DNA of 64,000 bases, from the NCBI RefSeq assembly GCF_009914755.1, contig NC_060927.1. One strand, written 5' to 3'. Within the stretch, counting starts at the first letter, position 1, and the number at the start of each line of letters is the position of its first letter. The translations under genes were made by a program, and so were the position numbers. Of the stretch, positions 13,210 to 32,062 are shown piece after piece. Source of the DNA: the human T2T-CHM13v2.0 reference genome, Homo sapiens. The notes under the pieces were generated by a model that was not told the DNA's origin, ran no database searches, and was given only the letters and a program-made list of their open reading frames with translations.

Positions 13210-13385
13210 ACCAACAGTTCTCAAATCGTAGTATGATCCAAACTTAGGAGGCAGACATACAGGCTCTGCCCCTCACAGATGCTGATTCAGTTGATCTGTG
13301 GCTTTCCTTTTTTTTGTTTAACAAGCATTCCAGTTGGTTCTGATGTAGGTTGTCTGTTGTTCATGCTTTGAAAAGCGTTCTCCTA
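13210..13385. mobile_element. MER5A-like hAT DNA transposon relic
   Basis: CAGTTCTCAAA...GATGCTGATTCAGT...TTTAACAAGCATTCCAGTTGGTTCTGATG pattern. Confidence 0.5.
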
Positions 13386-13506
13386 GAAAGATAAGGAACT
13401 CTTTGAATGCTTAGAATTGGGAGATAGTAAAACAAGAACACAGATACTAAATGTTCCAGAGTGTACCGGGGATGTATGAGGGCATCCTCAAATGTCTCCT
13501 TTGCAG

Positions 13507-13640
13507 TTGACATCCCTGCACACTGGAGTGATATGAAGCAGCAGAATTTCTGTGTGGTGGAGCTGCTGCCTAGTGATCCTGAGTACAACACGGTGGCAAG
13601 CAAGTTTAATCAGACCTGCTCACACTTCAGAATAGAGAAG
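13507..13640 (+). CDS. PARP14: PARP14 coding exon (start of ART/PARP catalytic domain)
   Basis: ttgcag|TT...GAAG|gtaagc; DIPAHWSDMKQQNFCVVELLPSDPEYNTVASKFNQTCSHFRIEK. Confidence 0.96.
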
Positions 13641-14074
13641 GTAAGCCTTCTGCTAGAATGCAGTTTCTGGATGGTGGAAATAAGTTCTGTCATGGTCCTA
13701 TATAAAATCCATTTTCATTCACTTCCTATCACATTTTTTTAAACCCAGAATTAGAATTTGTATGGTAATTAGTAGTTCTAGATTCTACTCATGTGACCAT
13801 AATTACTGAGGCATTAAGATTCTTGTGTCAGTGATTACAATATTTGATTGTAATATGATAGAACACTAAAGACATATATTTACTTTGTGAAGCAAGCTAA
13901 TACAAATTCAAAGATATGGCTTTAAAATTGGATTTGATAGCTAGCAAATTCCACAGAGAGCCATGCAGAGGCTCCTTAGATCAGGACCATGTTACTCTGC
14001 CCCATTATTCACAGATCAACAGTGCTTCCTTGATAAAGCCAGCAGGCCTTTTCTCGTTTATCATAATTATTTTG

Positions 14075-14200
14075 GGCAGGTGAATGTGATGATTCGTGCC
14101 TGTAGTCCCAGCTATTGGGAGGCTGAGGTGGAAGGATTGCATGAGCCCAGGAGTTTGACGCCAGTCTGGGTAACATAGTGAGATCCTGCTCTCAAATAAA
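14075..14200 (+). mobile_element. Alu monomer/fragment
   Basis: GCCTGTAGTCCCAGCTATTGGGAGGCTGAGG. Confidence 0.7.
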
Positions 14201-14558
14201 AACAACCAATTATTTTGGCATCTTCTTCCATTTTTAAACATTTTTGATATTGCTGTTTGAAATTATATTTTCCTTGACTTCTCTAGCAAAATTATTATGA
14301 TTTTTTTTTCCTTGACTAATTTTCTTTTCATTTTTGCAGGCACGCTGTTTCTCTTCCAAACCCCTAATTCTAGCTTTATTCACGCCATTTATGCTTAAAC
14401 GGTCTTTTGTCTCTGTACCTCACCAGGGAATATATTTACCCTTCTTGGATTCAACTATTAGTTCAATGTCGATAGCTCCCAAATCAACATTACCAACCTG
14501 GGTCTTTGACTCAAGCTCTAGAACATACTCCCAGTGGCCTAAAAAAATCTCCACTTGA

Positions 14559-15063
<505 letters not shown>

Positions 15064-16145
15064 TTATTCATGTTGTTAAGTACATCATAATTTAAAAAGA
15101 TTCAAAGTGCCCTACAAAGATATAAACTATACCTTCAGATAAAATAAATATACAAAGAAAAATGGTTAAAGAGAAAAGAATGGCAGGGAAAATAAGATAA
15201 TACAGACGAACTGCTAGTTCTCAAAAATATATAACATGAGGTTACCAATTTGTCCCTGAGCTTCCTAGTAGACAAAGCAAGAAGTAAACATTCAGGTACA
15301 AGACTCATAATGTCCGTAAATCAAAAAGCAAACCATTTGATAAGGAGGCTCACAGCTCCTCACAATACTGAGACTGACTCCTGAGAGATTTCTCTTGTGG
15401 ATCAAGTACTAGAGAATATCCTCAACGTCATCCTCACAATAAATTAAATATCAACTTTTATATCACTGTTTTTTTTTAATGTAAAACTGGTTGAACAAAA
15501 CCGATGCCTGATTGAATGAAAACAATTCTATGAGGCACCAAGACAATATGATTCAAGTATGCAGCTCTATGATGGTCTATTTCTGAGATAACAAGTAAGT
15601 CTCACTCCAAGTACCAATTACTACTAACTGGTAGTGGCTGATTGGCACATTGTGATGAGATGCTAAGTTTAGATTGAGCAGGAATGAATGTTCTGCTTGA
15701 CCAGCAATATCTACAGTGGGCCCTGTGGATGCCTGCTGTGTATTGGCAGACCCTGGCCAGAGAATTGATTTCAACACTTTTTTGCAGTGAAACCTTTTTT
15801 TTCAATAAAATCTTATGTGAAATCCCAGTGTATGAACCAGATAAAAGCAGAGGTGTGGGTAGTACTTAAGGTGCCTCCATGGAGGTCCCTAGAATTGTGA
15901 AAATAACATAAAAAATGGGTGGTCTGTCATCCTCTATGACTATTATGTCTTATGATTAAGGTTTTTAATATCCATAAGCCTTCCACTTAGATTCAACAAT
16001 TGTGCCACTTTTGCTTTCTCTCCCTGTCTGTTTTTGCTGAAGCATTTGAAGGTAAGTTGCAGACATCATGATACTCCTATTTTAGCAAGTATCTCCCAAT
16101 TAAAGACATTCTCCTAAATTATGGCAATGCCATTATCCCAATTAA

Positions 16146-16504
<359 letters not shown>

Positions 16505-17551
16505 TAATTTTTCCAGTTGTTCAAAAAAATCTCTTATAACTCCCCCTCCCCAACCCCAGTCTGAGTTCACACACGGTTTGGACATTATGTCTCCTTTGTG
16601 TCTTCTAATATAGAGTAGTACTCTTGCATTTAAAAAATTATTTTTCATGACATGAATTTTTTTAGAGTTTAAGCCAATTGTATTGTAGAATGTATCACAT
16701 TCTGGATCTGTCATGCCTTGATTTTTGTGGAAGAATCCATGCCAGTTTTATAGATTCTAGACTTATCTGATTCTTGATAATATCATTTATTTCTCTATCC
16801 TCTTTATTTCTGGTAAGCTGAGTTAGGTTGAAAGGTTTGAGTAAATTCAGATAAATATTTTTTGCAAGAATACTTCATAGGTGATACATCACATCAGGAA
16901 CCTCAGATGGTAAGGCCATCCCACTATTAATGATGCTAAGTTTGATCATTAGTTAAGTGGGTGACCACCATTTCTCTCCACTGGAATCAGTAGATTATCT
17001 GTGGGATGATACTTCGTCAGCATATGAGTATCCTGTTCCCCAACAATTTTGTACTGATTGACTTTCACTTCCATTGATGATCCTTGCCTGAATCCATCAT
17101 TACACTGGAGGTTGCAGGATGTTGATTTTCTAATTCTGTCATTCCTTCTGTATATGTTATTTGGCATTTTTTTGAAGAATAAATGTTCTTTTTTCCTGAT
17201 TTTGAAAAAAATCAGTATGTTATATTTAATTACAGTGATTATTCTGTTAGATGTACACATTATCCTCCATTTGGCTGGCAGGAAGTTGGGTCCCATGTCT
17301 TTTAATGACCCCATTAATCTTTGAGCATTTCTTTACTTTTTGCCATGAGATTTGTCTTGCTTATCCTGTACTTTCCTTGTCTCGTGCCTGGAATCAGACA
17401 TTTTTCTAAGAAGCCATGTTACCTTTTAGTGGGGAATGGTAGTGAGAAACCAAAAGTCGTGTGTTGCGTGTGTTCACTGCTATTGAGGTGTTGCTGTTTC
17501 CAGGGTCTTTTGTGGCTAGAGCTAAGAAAATCATGAACTTGTATTTATGTT

Positions 17552-17852
17552 TTCTTTTTTTTTTTTGAGGCAAAGTTTTGCTCTGTCATTCCAGCTGGAG
17601 TGCATCAGCGTGATCATAGCTTACTGCAGCTTCCAACTCCTGGGCTCAAGCAATCCTCCCCACTCAGACTCTAGAGTAGCTGGGGCTACAGGCACATGCC
17701 ACCACGCCTATTTTTTTTTTTTTTTTTTTTTTGTAGAGATGGAGTCCGTGTTATCCAGGCTGGTTTCAAACTTTTGACTTCAAAAGTGCTGGGATCCACC
17801 CACCTCTGTCTCTCAGAGTGCTGGGATTACAAGTGTGAGCCACAGCACCCAG
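17552..17852 (-). mobile_element. AluJ-like SINE
   Basis: Reverse Alu dimer with long central T-run. Confidence 0.85.
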
Positions 17853-17895
17853 CCATATTCATGTTTTCAATTAAAATTTAATGTTGAAAAAAAAA

Positions 17896-18680
17896 TTTTT
17901 TTTTTTTTTTTTAGTATTTATTGATCATTCTTGGGTGTTTCTTGGAGAGGGGGATGTGGCAGGGTCATAGGATAATAGTGGAGAGAAGGTCAGCAGATAA
18001 ACACGTGAATAAAGGACTCTGGTTTTCCTAGGCAGAGATCCCTGCGGCCTTCCGCAGTGTTTGTGTCCCTGGGTACTTGAGATTAGGGAGTGGTGATGAC
18101 TCTTAAGGAGCATGCTGCCTTCAAGCATCTGTTTAACAAAGCACATCTTGCACCGCCCTTAATCCATTTAACCCTGAGTTGACACAGCACATGTTTCAGA
18201 GAGCACGGGGTTGGGGGTAAGGTTGTAGATTAACAGCATCCCAAGGCAGAAGAATTTTTCTTAGTACAGAACAAAATGGAGTCTCCTATGTCTACTTCTT
18301 TCTACACAGACACAGTAACAATCTGTTCTCTCTTTTCCCCACATTTCCTCCTTTTCTTTTCGACAAAACTGCCATCGTCATCATGGCCCGTTCTCAATGG
18401 TCGCTGTCTCTTCGGAGCTGTTGGGTACACCTCCCAGACGGGGTGGCTGGGCAAAGGCGCTCACTTCCCATACGGGGCGGTTGGGCAGAGGCGCTCACTT
18501 CCTAGACAGGGCGGCCGGGCAGAGGCACTCCTCACCTCCCAGATGGGGCAGCTGGGCAGAGGTACTCCTCAGTTCCCAGATGGGGTGGCGGCCGGGCAGA
18601 GGTGCTCCCCACCTCCCAGACGGGGCAGCGGCCGGGCAGAGGTGCTCCCCACCTCCCAGACAGGGCGGCCGGGCAGAGGC
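17896..18680 (-). mobile_element. 5'-truncated SVA (older, SVA_A-like): SINE-R plus partial VNTR
   Basis: Poly-T, TTTATTGATCATTCTTGGGTG SINE-R 3' end, GGGCAGAGG..CTCACCTCCCAGA VNTR units; antisense to PARP14. Confidence 0.92.
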
Positions 18681-21061
18681 GAATTTTTTCTTAATATCTT
18701 AATATTTTATGTCATTTTGTGTACAAAATGAAATTCTGGCTTTTAATAATAGTACATTCTTACTTGTTTCATCCTATAGAATACATACAACTGTTTCAAA
18801 ATTATCATACCAAAATTATTATTAGCAATATTAAAATAGCTATGCTAGCTTTCTTTTGGTTATTGTTAGCATGTTATGGTATATCTTTTCCCACTCTTTT
18901 TCTTTTAATCTTATAATAAGTGTATATTTAAGATGTGTCTCTTGATAGCAACATATACTTGAGTTTTGCTTTTCATCATCCAGCCTGACAATCTTTTATC
19001 TTTTAACTAGAGTACTTAATCTTACTTACTGTACTTACTGATATGTTTGGGTTTAAATGTACCATATTAATCTCTGTTTTCTATTTATCATATCTATTCT
19101 TTGTTCTTTTTTATCTTTTCCTGGTTTCTTTTGCATTATTTCTATTTCATTTTCACCCCTATTATGTTGTTAGTTATACATTCTAATTCTTTCATTGCTT
19201 ACCCTAGAGATTATAACATGCATCCTTGACTTATTGAACTGTAATGTAAATTAGTATATTCATCATTCCCCAGACAATGCAAAGACCTTTGAATACTTTA
19301 AGCCTTATTTATCTCTCTTCTGCTTTTTGTGTTGCTTTTAACACACATTTTAATTCTATTTATATTTGAAACCCGATGAAACATTTTTAATTTGTTTATA
19401 TTTATTTATATGTACCAACATATTTACCATTTATTTCCAGTGTCCTTCAATTCTTCCTATATTTCCATGCTTCCATGTGGGATAATTTTTCATCTAGATT
19501 TAGTATTTCTTCCAATGCAGATCTGGTAGTGATGAATTCTCTCAGTTTTTATTTATCTGAAAACGTCTCTTTCTCTTTCATTCTTTGAAGGATATTTTTG
19601 CTGGGCATAGAAGTTTGGATGGCAATTATTTTCTTTCAGCACTTTGAAGAAATTATTGTCTTCTGATTTTACTGTTTCACCATACTTCCCTTCTCTCTGC
19701 AATCTTAGCTCATCAAATCCTTGATGTCTTCAAATAGACTTTTCTCCCTCTCTAGCTCTTCTAGTAGTTGTTGGTGAGAGGTTGGTCTGATAAAAGTAAT
19801 CTACCCTGGCTAGACATCTGCTGCTAATAATAAACCTACTAAATAAAGTTTAAGATTTATTTGCAATTTTTTTTACCTTAGAATTTATCCCATGAGAAAT
19901 GTAGAATCAGGTTACTATATTCAAAAATTACTTGACATAATTATTTTTAAAAATTTTAAAAGGTAAGAAACAACCTTTTTAAATTTAAGAATTAAGAGAC
20001 TAAGAAATTGAGAATTATTTCAAAACTCAAAAAATGTTGAAGGCTTTAAAAATGAGTAAGATAAAATGTAAGGTAAATGAAATGAATGTAGGCATTTTGA
20101 AGATTAGAAATTTAGCCGTAGGTAAAGAATACAAAGGAAAAATAATTTTAAAATCATCAACCAGATCAACAAAATATATGTTAATGCCGAGACTTTGAAT
20201 TAGAGTGCGAATTGTATCTTAATTAAAAAGAGAAAACCCAAAACTGGAAAAAAAAAAAAAAAGAACCAGATGATGGCAGGTAATGGTGTTAAGCCTGAGA
20301 GTTCTCCAAAACGGAAAACATTCTGACAACATGGACAACAGGGAACCTTTACCTTGTGCATTTCCATGAGGGACTTTGGTCACCTTTACCCACCCCTCGG
20401 TCTTCCCAGGACAGCCTTATGAAACTGCTACTACTTGGGGACTAGGGGAGTTTAGAAGTAGAACTGCAACCCAGGACCCAAGCAGTTTCCACCACCGCCC
20501 TGGAGGCCACTGCCTAAAGAGTATGGTCAAAGCATGGCCACTTTGGTCTACAACATTCAAGATTCATGCACCGGTCTTCCAACTGGACCAGAGATTAATT
20601 TTCATTAGTTAATTTCATTCTTGCCTAGATATTCTGTTGCTTCTCTTACTGTTAGTACACAACTAGGTCAACCAGTATCCCAGAAGGACTGAGGTGGTGA
20701 GAGGCAAAGTGCAAAGTGAGGTGGACAGCAACAGGAGCAGTCATTAGAGTATGTGTAAAAAGCAGAAGTTGCAGAGGCTGGGTCAGCAGAATTCATGTCA
20801 TGAGTACTTAAAATCCTAAACCTTGTTTGATCTCATGCGGTACATAAAAGATATTAAAAATTAAACCAACATTCTTCCCATTGCCTGTTTTTATGAAACA
20901 CTGGATCTAAAAAGGTTTCTGAATGCAGAAAGCTGCCGTCTGGCATTGGATTTGCTGTTTAGTGTGCTTTTATTTATGAAACATAGTGATCATGTTTCAT
21001 TTGCTGTATATTGGCAAGTGCTCTTGGAACTGGCAGAATATTATCCTTTATTAATTTGCAG

Positions 21062-21236
21062 ATTGAGAGGATCCAGAATCCAGATCTCTGGAATAGCTAC
21101 CAGGCAAAGAAAAAAACTATGGATGCCAAGAATGGCCAGACAATGAATGAGAAGCAACTCTTCCATGGGACAGATGCCGGCTCCGTGCCACACGTCAATC
21201 GAAATGGCTTTAACCGCAGCTATGCCGGAAAGAATG
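21062..21236 (+). CDS. PARP14: PARP14 coding exon (catalytic domain, HGT motif)
   Basis: ttgcag|ATT...AATG|gtaag; [14 protein letters not shown]...[29 protein letters not shown]. Confidence 0.97.
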
Positions 21237-21557
21237 GTAAGGAAGCGAGTAATCTGGCTGCTTGGAATGAGGCATCAGCCATGAGAGCCCGAGTTGGCTG
21301 GGACAGTGTGGATTCATTGTGGTCCCCCATCATTGGTGGCCATGTTGCAGCCCGAGTTTCAGGGTAGGACTCACTGTATTTCATCCCAAAGGGGATTGAC
21401 TGGCCCTTCTAGGTAGAAAAATTGATGATTAAAAGTGAAAAGCACACACAAAAAATTTTAAGAGAGGCTTTAGAAAGAACATTATTTAACAGATTGGGCC
21501 AACATATCAAATTTTACATTAACTTGAAATGCTTAAAAATGGTTTTTCTTTTCACAG

Positions 21558-21847
21558 CTGTGGCATATGGAAAGGGAACCTATTTTGCTGTCAATGCCAA
21601 TTATTCTGCCAATGATACGTACTCCAGACCAGATGCAAATGGGAGAAAGCATGTGTATTATGTGCGAGTACTTACTGGAATCTATACACATGGAAATCAT
21701 TCATTAATTGTGCCTCCTTCAAAGAACCCTCAAAATCCTACTGACCTGTATGACACTGTCACAGATAATGTGCACCATCCAAGTTTATTTGTGGCATTTT
21801 ATGACTACCAAGCATACCCAGAGTACCTTATTACGTTTAGAAAATAA
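21558..21847 (+). CDS. PARP14: PARP14 last coding exon (catalytic domain, stop TAA)
   Basis: cacag|CT; [14 protein letters not shown]...[21 protein letters not shown]; H-Y-L triad with no catalytic Glu, consistent with a mono-ADP-ribosyltransferase. Confidence 0.97.
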
Positions 21848-22684
21848 CACTTTGGTATCCTTCCCACAAAATTATTCTCCATTTGTACATATCTAGTTGT
21901 AAAACAAGTTTTAGCTTTTTTTTTTAATTCCTCTTAACAGATTTTTCTAATATCCAAGGATCATTCTTTGTCGCTGCAGTCAGTCTTTCTTCAGCTTCTC
22001 TTTCATAATGGAAATGAACTTATTATCTTGAGAGCAAATAACTTGGAAAATTTAAATGAGATAATGCAGTTGCAACTGTGTGTCCACAAGTATGGACATC
22101 AAATCTGTGGGAAAAGAACAGGTTTGTATTTTCAGGAAGGAGAGAATAACAGTCTTATAGACAGAGGGCACAGCTAAGCACAGCTGCCACTGCAGGAGAC
22201 AGGCCCCATGTCAGGATGCCATAGTGCTGTGGGGAGCACAGTATTACCCAGTGGGTAGGGCTTCTGTCTTCCCTGGGAGCAGGGATGGTATCTTAGTCAA
22301 TTTTTTTCCCTTGAGATGAGGTCTGTGCCTGATGTACAACGGATACTCCATAAATGTTTGACAAACCAACGAAGAATGAAAAAAAGCCTAGTCAGACTCC
22401 CATCCAAAGTAGGAACTATCTCTTTAACATTCTTGACTCACTATCACTTTACCTCAAATTGAACAGATTCCATGACGGAACTTCATTCTTCACAAACTAG
22501 CCAGTGACATGTGGGACAGCTCTGGCCAGGGCTCTGGGACTGCAGTGTACTTGCGCTCTGCACGGTCCAGGAGCTGTGATGTGGCTGTGGTCTAGGGGAA
22601 TCCTGCCTGCCCCATGGAGTTGCGCAGCACAACCCTGGCTCCAATTGCCAGAAGGCTCTTTTTAATGCTGAACCAAAATGTGCC

Positions 22685-22965
<281 letters not shown>

Positions 22966-24068
22966 AATGTGCCTTCTTATAGTGTCTACTCATTGGTCTT
23001 TGTTCTGCCCAGTGATAACAATGGGATAACGCCTGCTACACATCTTCATTGTGAAACCCTTCCCCTGTGCTGAGATTAAATGAACTCTAAGATTATTAAA
23101 TAGTATATTTTCCTTGACAGCCTAGCGTTTGATGATTTTAAAGCCTTATGTATAAATAAACCAAAGGAAGTAAGCAGTCATATTGCTAATTTGCTAACTC
23201 CTATCTATTGAATGGTGAAGTTTTAAAAATTTCCCCAGGTAAGTTTAAGATTCAAACACCATCTATTGAGCACCTACATTGTGTGCCAGGTAGTAAAATA
23301 GGTGCTTTCATACACATCGTCTCAATTCCTGTGAGGTCAGAATTATCTCTGCATTTGAAACTTGAGGAAACATGCTCAGAGTGCAAGAAGCTTCCTTGCC
23401 TGAGATCACCTAGAAAGGAACCCTCAGAGCCGGCAACTGAATCTTGGTCCCTGTGATGTCAAGCCCATTGCTCTCCCACTGCAGAACATGGCCTCTAGAT
23501 TAATGCCACCGATTCAGGAACACCTCCGACAGTCTTGAAATACCCCCATGTTGCCTTGTTTGTTTTTTCCTTCTGGCTTCTTCTATTACAGTCTCTTCAT
23601 TGGAAGCTCTGTAGGCCAAGGCCAGAGCTGATACTGACACGGAGCCAATGCAGATAGCACATCAGATGCTAGGGGTCGCTGGGAGGATTAAGGGACTTAA
23701 TCTGCTAGGAACACCTGTACTTGAAGTGGAGGAGGCTAGGGGGCCACAGTTGCTGCTTCATTAACATAGAGGTTTTGGATTTTTTTCTCTTGTGGTTTGT
23801 TTTTTAAGTGGATTGGCAGACTCCTTGTTGCTTAAGAGTGGCTTTCTAGGCAGGCCACTGGCATCTGAATTCATCATTGACAATAAATGTAAGAAATTGG
23901 AATAAAAAAGAGAGACCTGCTGTTATTCGCTTTTGTTCTCCAGTGATTTGATTAACTCAGGGCAAGGCTGAATATCAGAGTGTATCGCACTGAAGAATAA
24001 TAATCCATTCAGTAATGTTATAGTTATCCTCAATCTAAATATGTCAACTGTCATTTTGCTGCTTTTCA

Positions 24069-24074
24069 AATAAA
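24069..24074 (+). terminator. Candidate main PARP14 poly(A) signal
   Basis: AATAAA at the end of the unique 3'UTR; alternatives at 23882 and 23901. Confidence 0.6.
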
Positions 24075-24799
24075 ATACTTGAAAACTGTCATTTAATGGT
24101 AAACATTTTTATCCTAAAGGGCAAATACAGGGGGGCTTAATGATAAACACAGACCACTGCTGATAATAATAATTAAAAAACAACTAAGTATGACAGCATG
24201 AAGGGATGCTCAGTGTATTAATATTTGGTTGAAAATTACAGGAAGGGGCACGATACAGCCATAGTTCAGTGAATCTGAAGGGCTTATTGACCCCAGCAAG
24301 TAGCCCCGGCTGAAACAAGTCCACTTTGCACCTGTGATAGGTCTTGATCGTTTACTCTAGGGTCAGAAATTCTCTTTTTTGGTATTTGGATCACCTGAGG
24401 TGTTTGCTGAAACTCCAAGCTCTGGCCTCATCCCAAAGGAGTCAGATTCTATAGCACTAAAGTGGTTCCCAAGAATCTGCATTTTGGGCAAGCACCTCAA
24501 ATAATTCTGATATCTCTAACACCCAGAGCCACCTTAAAATGTTCATGGGCCTCAGGCACTTTTGCCATTGTGGGCCCTTTATTGCATAAAAAAATTAAAT
24601 ATAATTTGCAACTGCATTGACATGAACACAAATGAAGTTGAGGCTGGATTATATATTTTGTTCCTGGTTTTAAAAGAAACTAAAACATTTTTGTGGCCTC
24701 CTAAAAGATTCATGGGCCCTAGCCATTGTCTACTGCACCTAATGGATAAGGCAGCTGCTGCTGCTCCCTTGATTCTGTGATGTTAGGCAGAAGGCTGAG

Positions 24800-25326
<527 letters not shown>

Positions 25327-25692
25327 TAACCAGAATCTCTTGCTGCCTTGTAGTCTCTACGAAATCAGGAAATTACCCCCCATAATCCATTTCATACCAT
25401 AGAAATCCATACATAACAATGTGTTAACTCTTCTCCCAGGTCTCAGCATGTCAAAGACTTAACTCTAATTGAATTAAATGTTTTGTCTCAAAACACCTTG
25501 TAAACTTTCCTGACCCCAACCTACACTAAAAAATACATTTTATATCAAGCCCAATACATACACAGATGTAACTGAAAAGTTTTATGAGATATACTTACCC
25601 TGAAATATTTTTCATAAAGGTGTCCTGAAATAATAGAGTATTCCAATTCAGTGACATTATTTTATTCCATTAAAAAAAAAAAAAGCTAGTCT

Positions 25693-25980
25693 CTGTAATC
25701 CCAGCACTTTGGGAGGCTGATGTGGGCAGATAACACGGTCAGGAGTTCGAGACCAGCATGGCCAATATGGTGAAACCCTGTCTCTACTAAAAAAAAATAC
25801 AAAAATTAGCTGGGCATGGTGGTGTGCACCTATAATCCCAGCTACTCAGGAGGCTGAGAGAATCGCTTGAACCCGGGTGGCAGAGGCTGCAGTGAGCTGA
25901 GATCGGGCCACTGCACTCCGGCCTGAGCAACAGAGCGAGACTCCATCTCGAAACAAAAAACCAAAACAGAGCAAAAAAAA
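25693..25980 (+). mobile_element. 5'-truncated AluS
   Basis: Starts CTGTAATCCCAGCACTTTGG; flanked by A-rich GCT(A/G)GTCTC repeats (probable TSD). Confidence 0.9.
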
Positions 25981-26320
25981 CACGCTGGTCTCACCCACTA
26001 CACTGATTTTATAATAGGTCACTATCTGCAGTTTGAAAAAGTGGTCAAAGGAGTAGCAAGCATAAAAAGTAAAATATCTGCAGTAAACGATGTCTATTTC
26101 TGCAATAGGAATATACCAAGGTGGGGGTGGTGCCAAGATGGCCGAATAGGAACAGCTCCGGTCTACAGCTCCCAGCATGAGCGACGCAGAAGACGGGTGA
26201 TTTCTGCATTTCCATCTGAGGTACCGGGTTCATCTCACTAGGGAGTGCCAGACAGTGGGTGCAGGACAGTGGGTGCAGCACACCGTGCGCAAGCCAAAGC
26301 AGGGCGAGGCATTGCCTCAC

Positions 26321-26575
26321 TCAGGAAGTGCAAGGGGTCAGGGATTTCCCTTTCCCAGTCCAAGAAAGGGGTGACAGACAGCACCTGGAAAATCGGGTCA
26401 CTCCCACCCGAATACTGCGCTTTTCCAATGGGCTTAAAAAACAGCACACCAGGAGATTATATCCCACACATGGCTCGGAGGGTCCTACACCCACCGAGTC
26501 TCGCTGATTGCTAGCACAGCAGTCTGAGATCAAACTGCAAGGTGGCAGTGAGGCTGGGGGAGGGGCGCCTGCCAT
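26321..26575 (-). CDS. LINE-1 ORF0 (antisense 5'UTR ORF), open, 84 aa
   Basis: MAGAPPPASLPPCSLISDCCASNQRDSVGVGPSEP... matches primate L1 ORF0; ATG intact; expression not shown. Confidence 0.65.
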   Translation of the reverse strand: MAGAPPPASLPPCSLISDCCASNQRDSVGVGPSEPCVGYNLLVCCFLSPLEKRSIRVGVTRFSRCCLSPLSWTGKGKSLTPCTS

Positions 26576-27162
26576 TGCCCAGGCTTGCTTATGTAAACAA
26601 AGCAGCCTGGAAGCTCGAACTGGGTGGAGCCCACCACAGCTCAAGGAGGCCTGCCTGCCTCTGTAGGCTCCACCTCTGCGGGCAGGGCACAGACAAACAA
26701 AAAGACAGCAGTAACCTCTGCAGACTTAAACGTCCCTGTCTGACAGCTTTGAAGAGAGTAGTGGTTCTCCCAGCACGCAGCTGGAGATCTGAGAACGGGC
26801 AGACTGCCTCCTCAAGTGGGTCCCTGACCCTCGAGCAGCCTAACTGGGAGGCACCCCCCAGTAGGGGCAGACTGACACCTCACACGGCCGGGTACTCCTC
26901 TGAGACAAAACTTCCAGAGGACCGATCAGGCAGCAGCATTTGTGGTTCACGAAAATCCGCTGTTCTACACCCACCGCTGTTCTGCAGCCACCGCTGCTGA
27001 TACCCAGGCAAACAGCATCTGGAGTGGACCTCTAACAAACTTCAACAGACCTGCAGCTGAGGGTCCTGTCTGTTAGAAGGAAAACTAACAAAGGACATGC
27101 ACACCAAAAACCCATCTGTACGTCACCATCATCAAAGACCAAAAGTAGATAAAACCACAAAG

Positions 27163-28183
27163 ATGGGGAGAAAACAAAGCAGAAAAACTGGAAACTCTAA
27201 AAAGCAGAGCGCCTCTCCTCCTCCAAAGGAACGCAGCTCCTCACCAGCAATGGAACAAAGCTGGACGGAGAATGACTTTGACGAGCTGAGAGAAGAAGTC
27301 TTCAGATGCTCAAACTACTCTGAGCTACAGGAGGAAATTCAATCAAACCAATGGCAAAGAAGTTAAGAACTCTGAAAAAAAATTAGATGAATGTATAACT
27401 AGAATAACCAATGCAGAGAAGTGCTTAAAGGAGCTGATGGAGCTGAAAGCCAAGGCTCAAGAACTACGTGAAGAATGCAGAAGCCTCAGGAGCCAATGTG
27501 ATCAACTGGAAGAAAGGGTATCAGTGATGGAAGATGAAATGAATGAAATGAAGTGAGAAGGGAAGTTTAGAGAAAAAAGAATAAAAAGAAAAGAACAAAG
27601 TCTCCAAGAAATATGGGACTATGTGAAAAGACCAAATCTACGTCTGATTGGTGTACCTGAAAGTGATGGGGAGAATGGAACCAAGTTGGAAAACACTCTG
27701 CAGGATATTATCCAGAAGAACTTCCCCAGTCTAGCAAGGCAGGCCAACATTCAGATTCAGGAAATACAGAGAACGCCACAAAGATACTCCTCGAGAAGAG
27801 CAACTCCAAGACACATAATTGTCAGATTCACCAAAGTTGAAATGAAGGAAAAAATGTTAAGGGCAACCAGAGAGAAAGGTCGGGTTACCCACAAAGAGAA
27901 GCCCATCAGACTAACAGCGGATCTCTCGGCAGAAACTCTACAAGCCAGAAGAGGGTGGGGGCCAATATTCAACATTCTTAAAGAAAAGAATTTTCAACCC
28001 AGAATTTCATATCCAGCCAAACTAAGCTTCACAAGTGAAGTAGAAATAGAATACTTTACAGACAAGCAAATGCTGAGAGATTTTGTCACCACCGGGCCTG
28101 CCCTAAAAGAGCTCCTGAAGGAAGCACTAAACATGGAAAGGAACAACCGGTACCAGCCACTGCAAAAACATGCCAAATTGTAA
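27163..28183 (+). pseudogene. L1 ORF1 (disrupted)
   Basis: MGRKQSRKTGNSK start; frameshift near 27340; C-terminal part ...RNNRYQPLQKHAKL intact. Confidence 0.92.
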
Positions 28184-28246
28184 AGACCGTCAAGGCTAGG
28201 AAGAAACTGCATCAACTAACGAGCAAAATAACCAGCTAATATCATA

Positions 28247-32062
<3,816 letters not shown>

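Noticed and set aside
13641-13742. In-frame hydrophobic extension past the 13640 donor as an alternative terminal exon
   Set aside because: Strong GTAAG donor and no AATAAA/ATTAAA near the stop; much weaker than the 12325 case.
19940-20262. A-rich segment ending in an A-run, possibly a retrocopied 3'UTR
   Set aside because: No convincing TSD or recognisable parent sequence.
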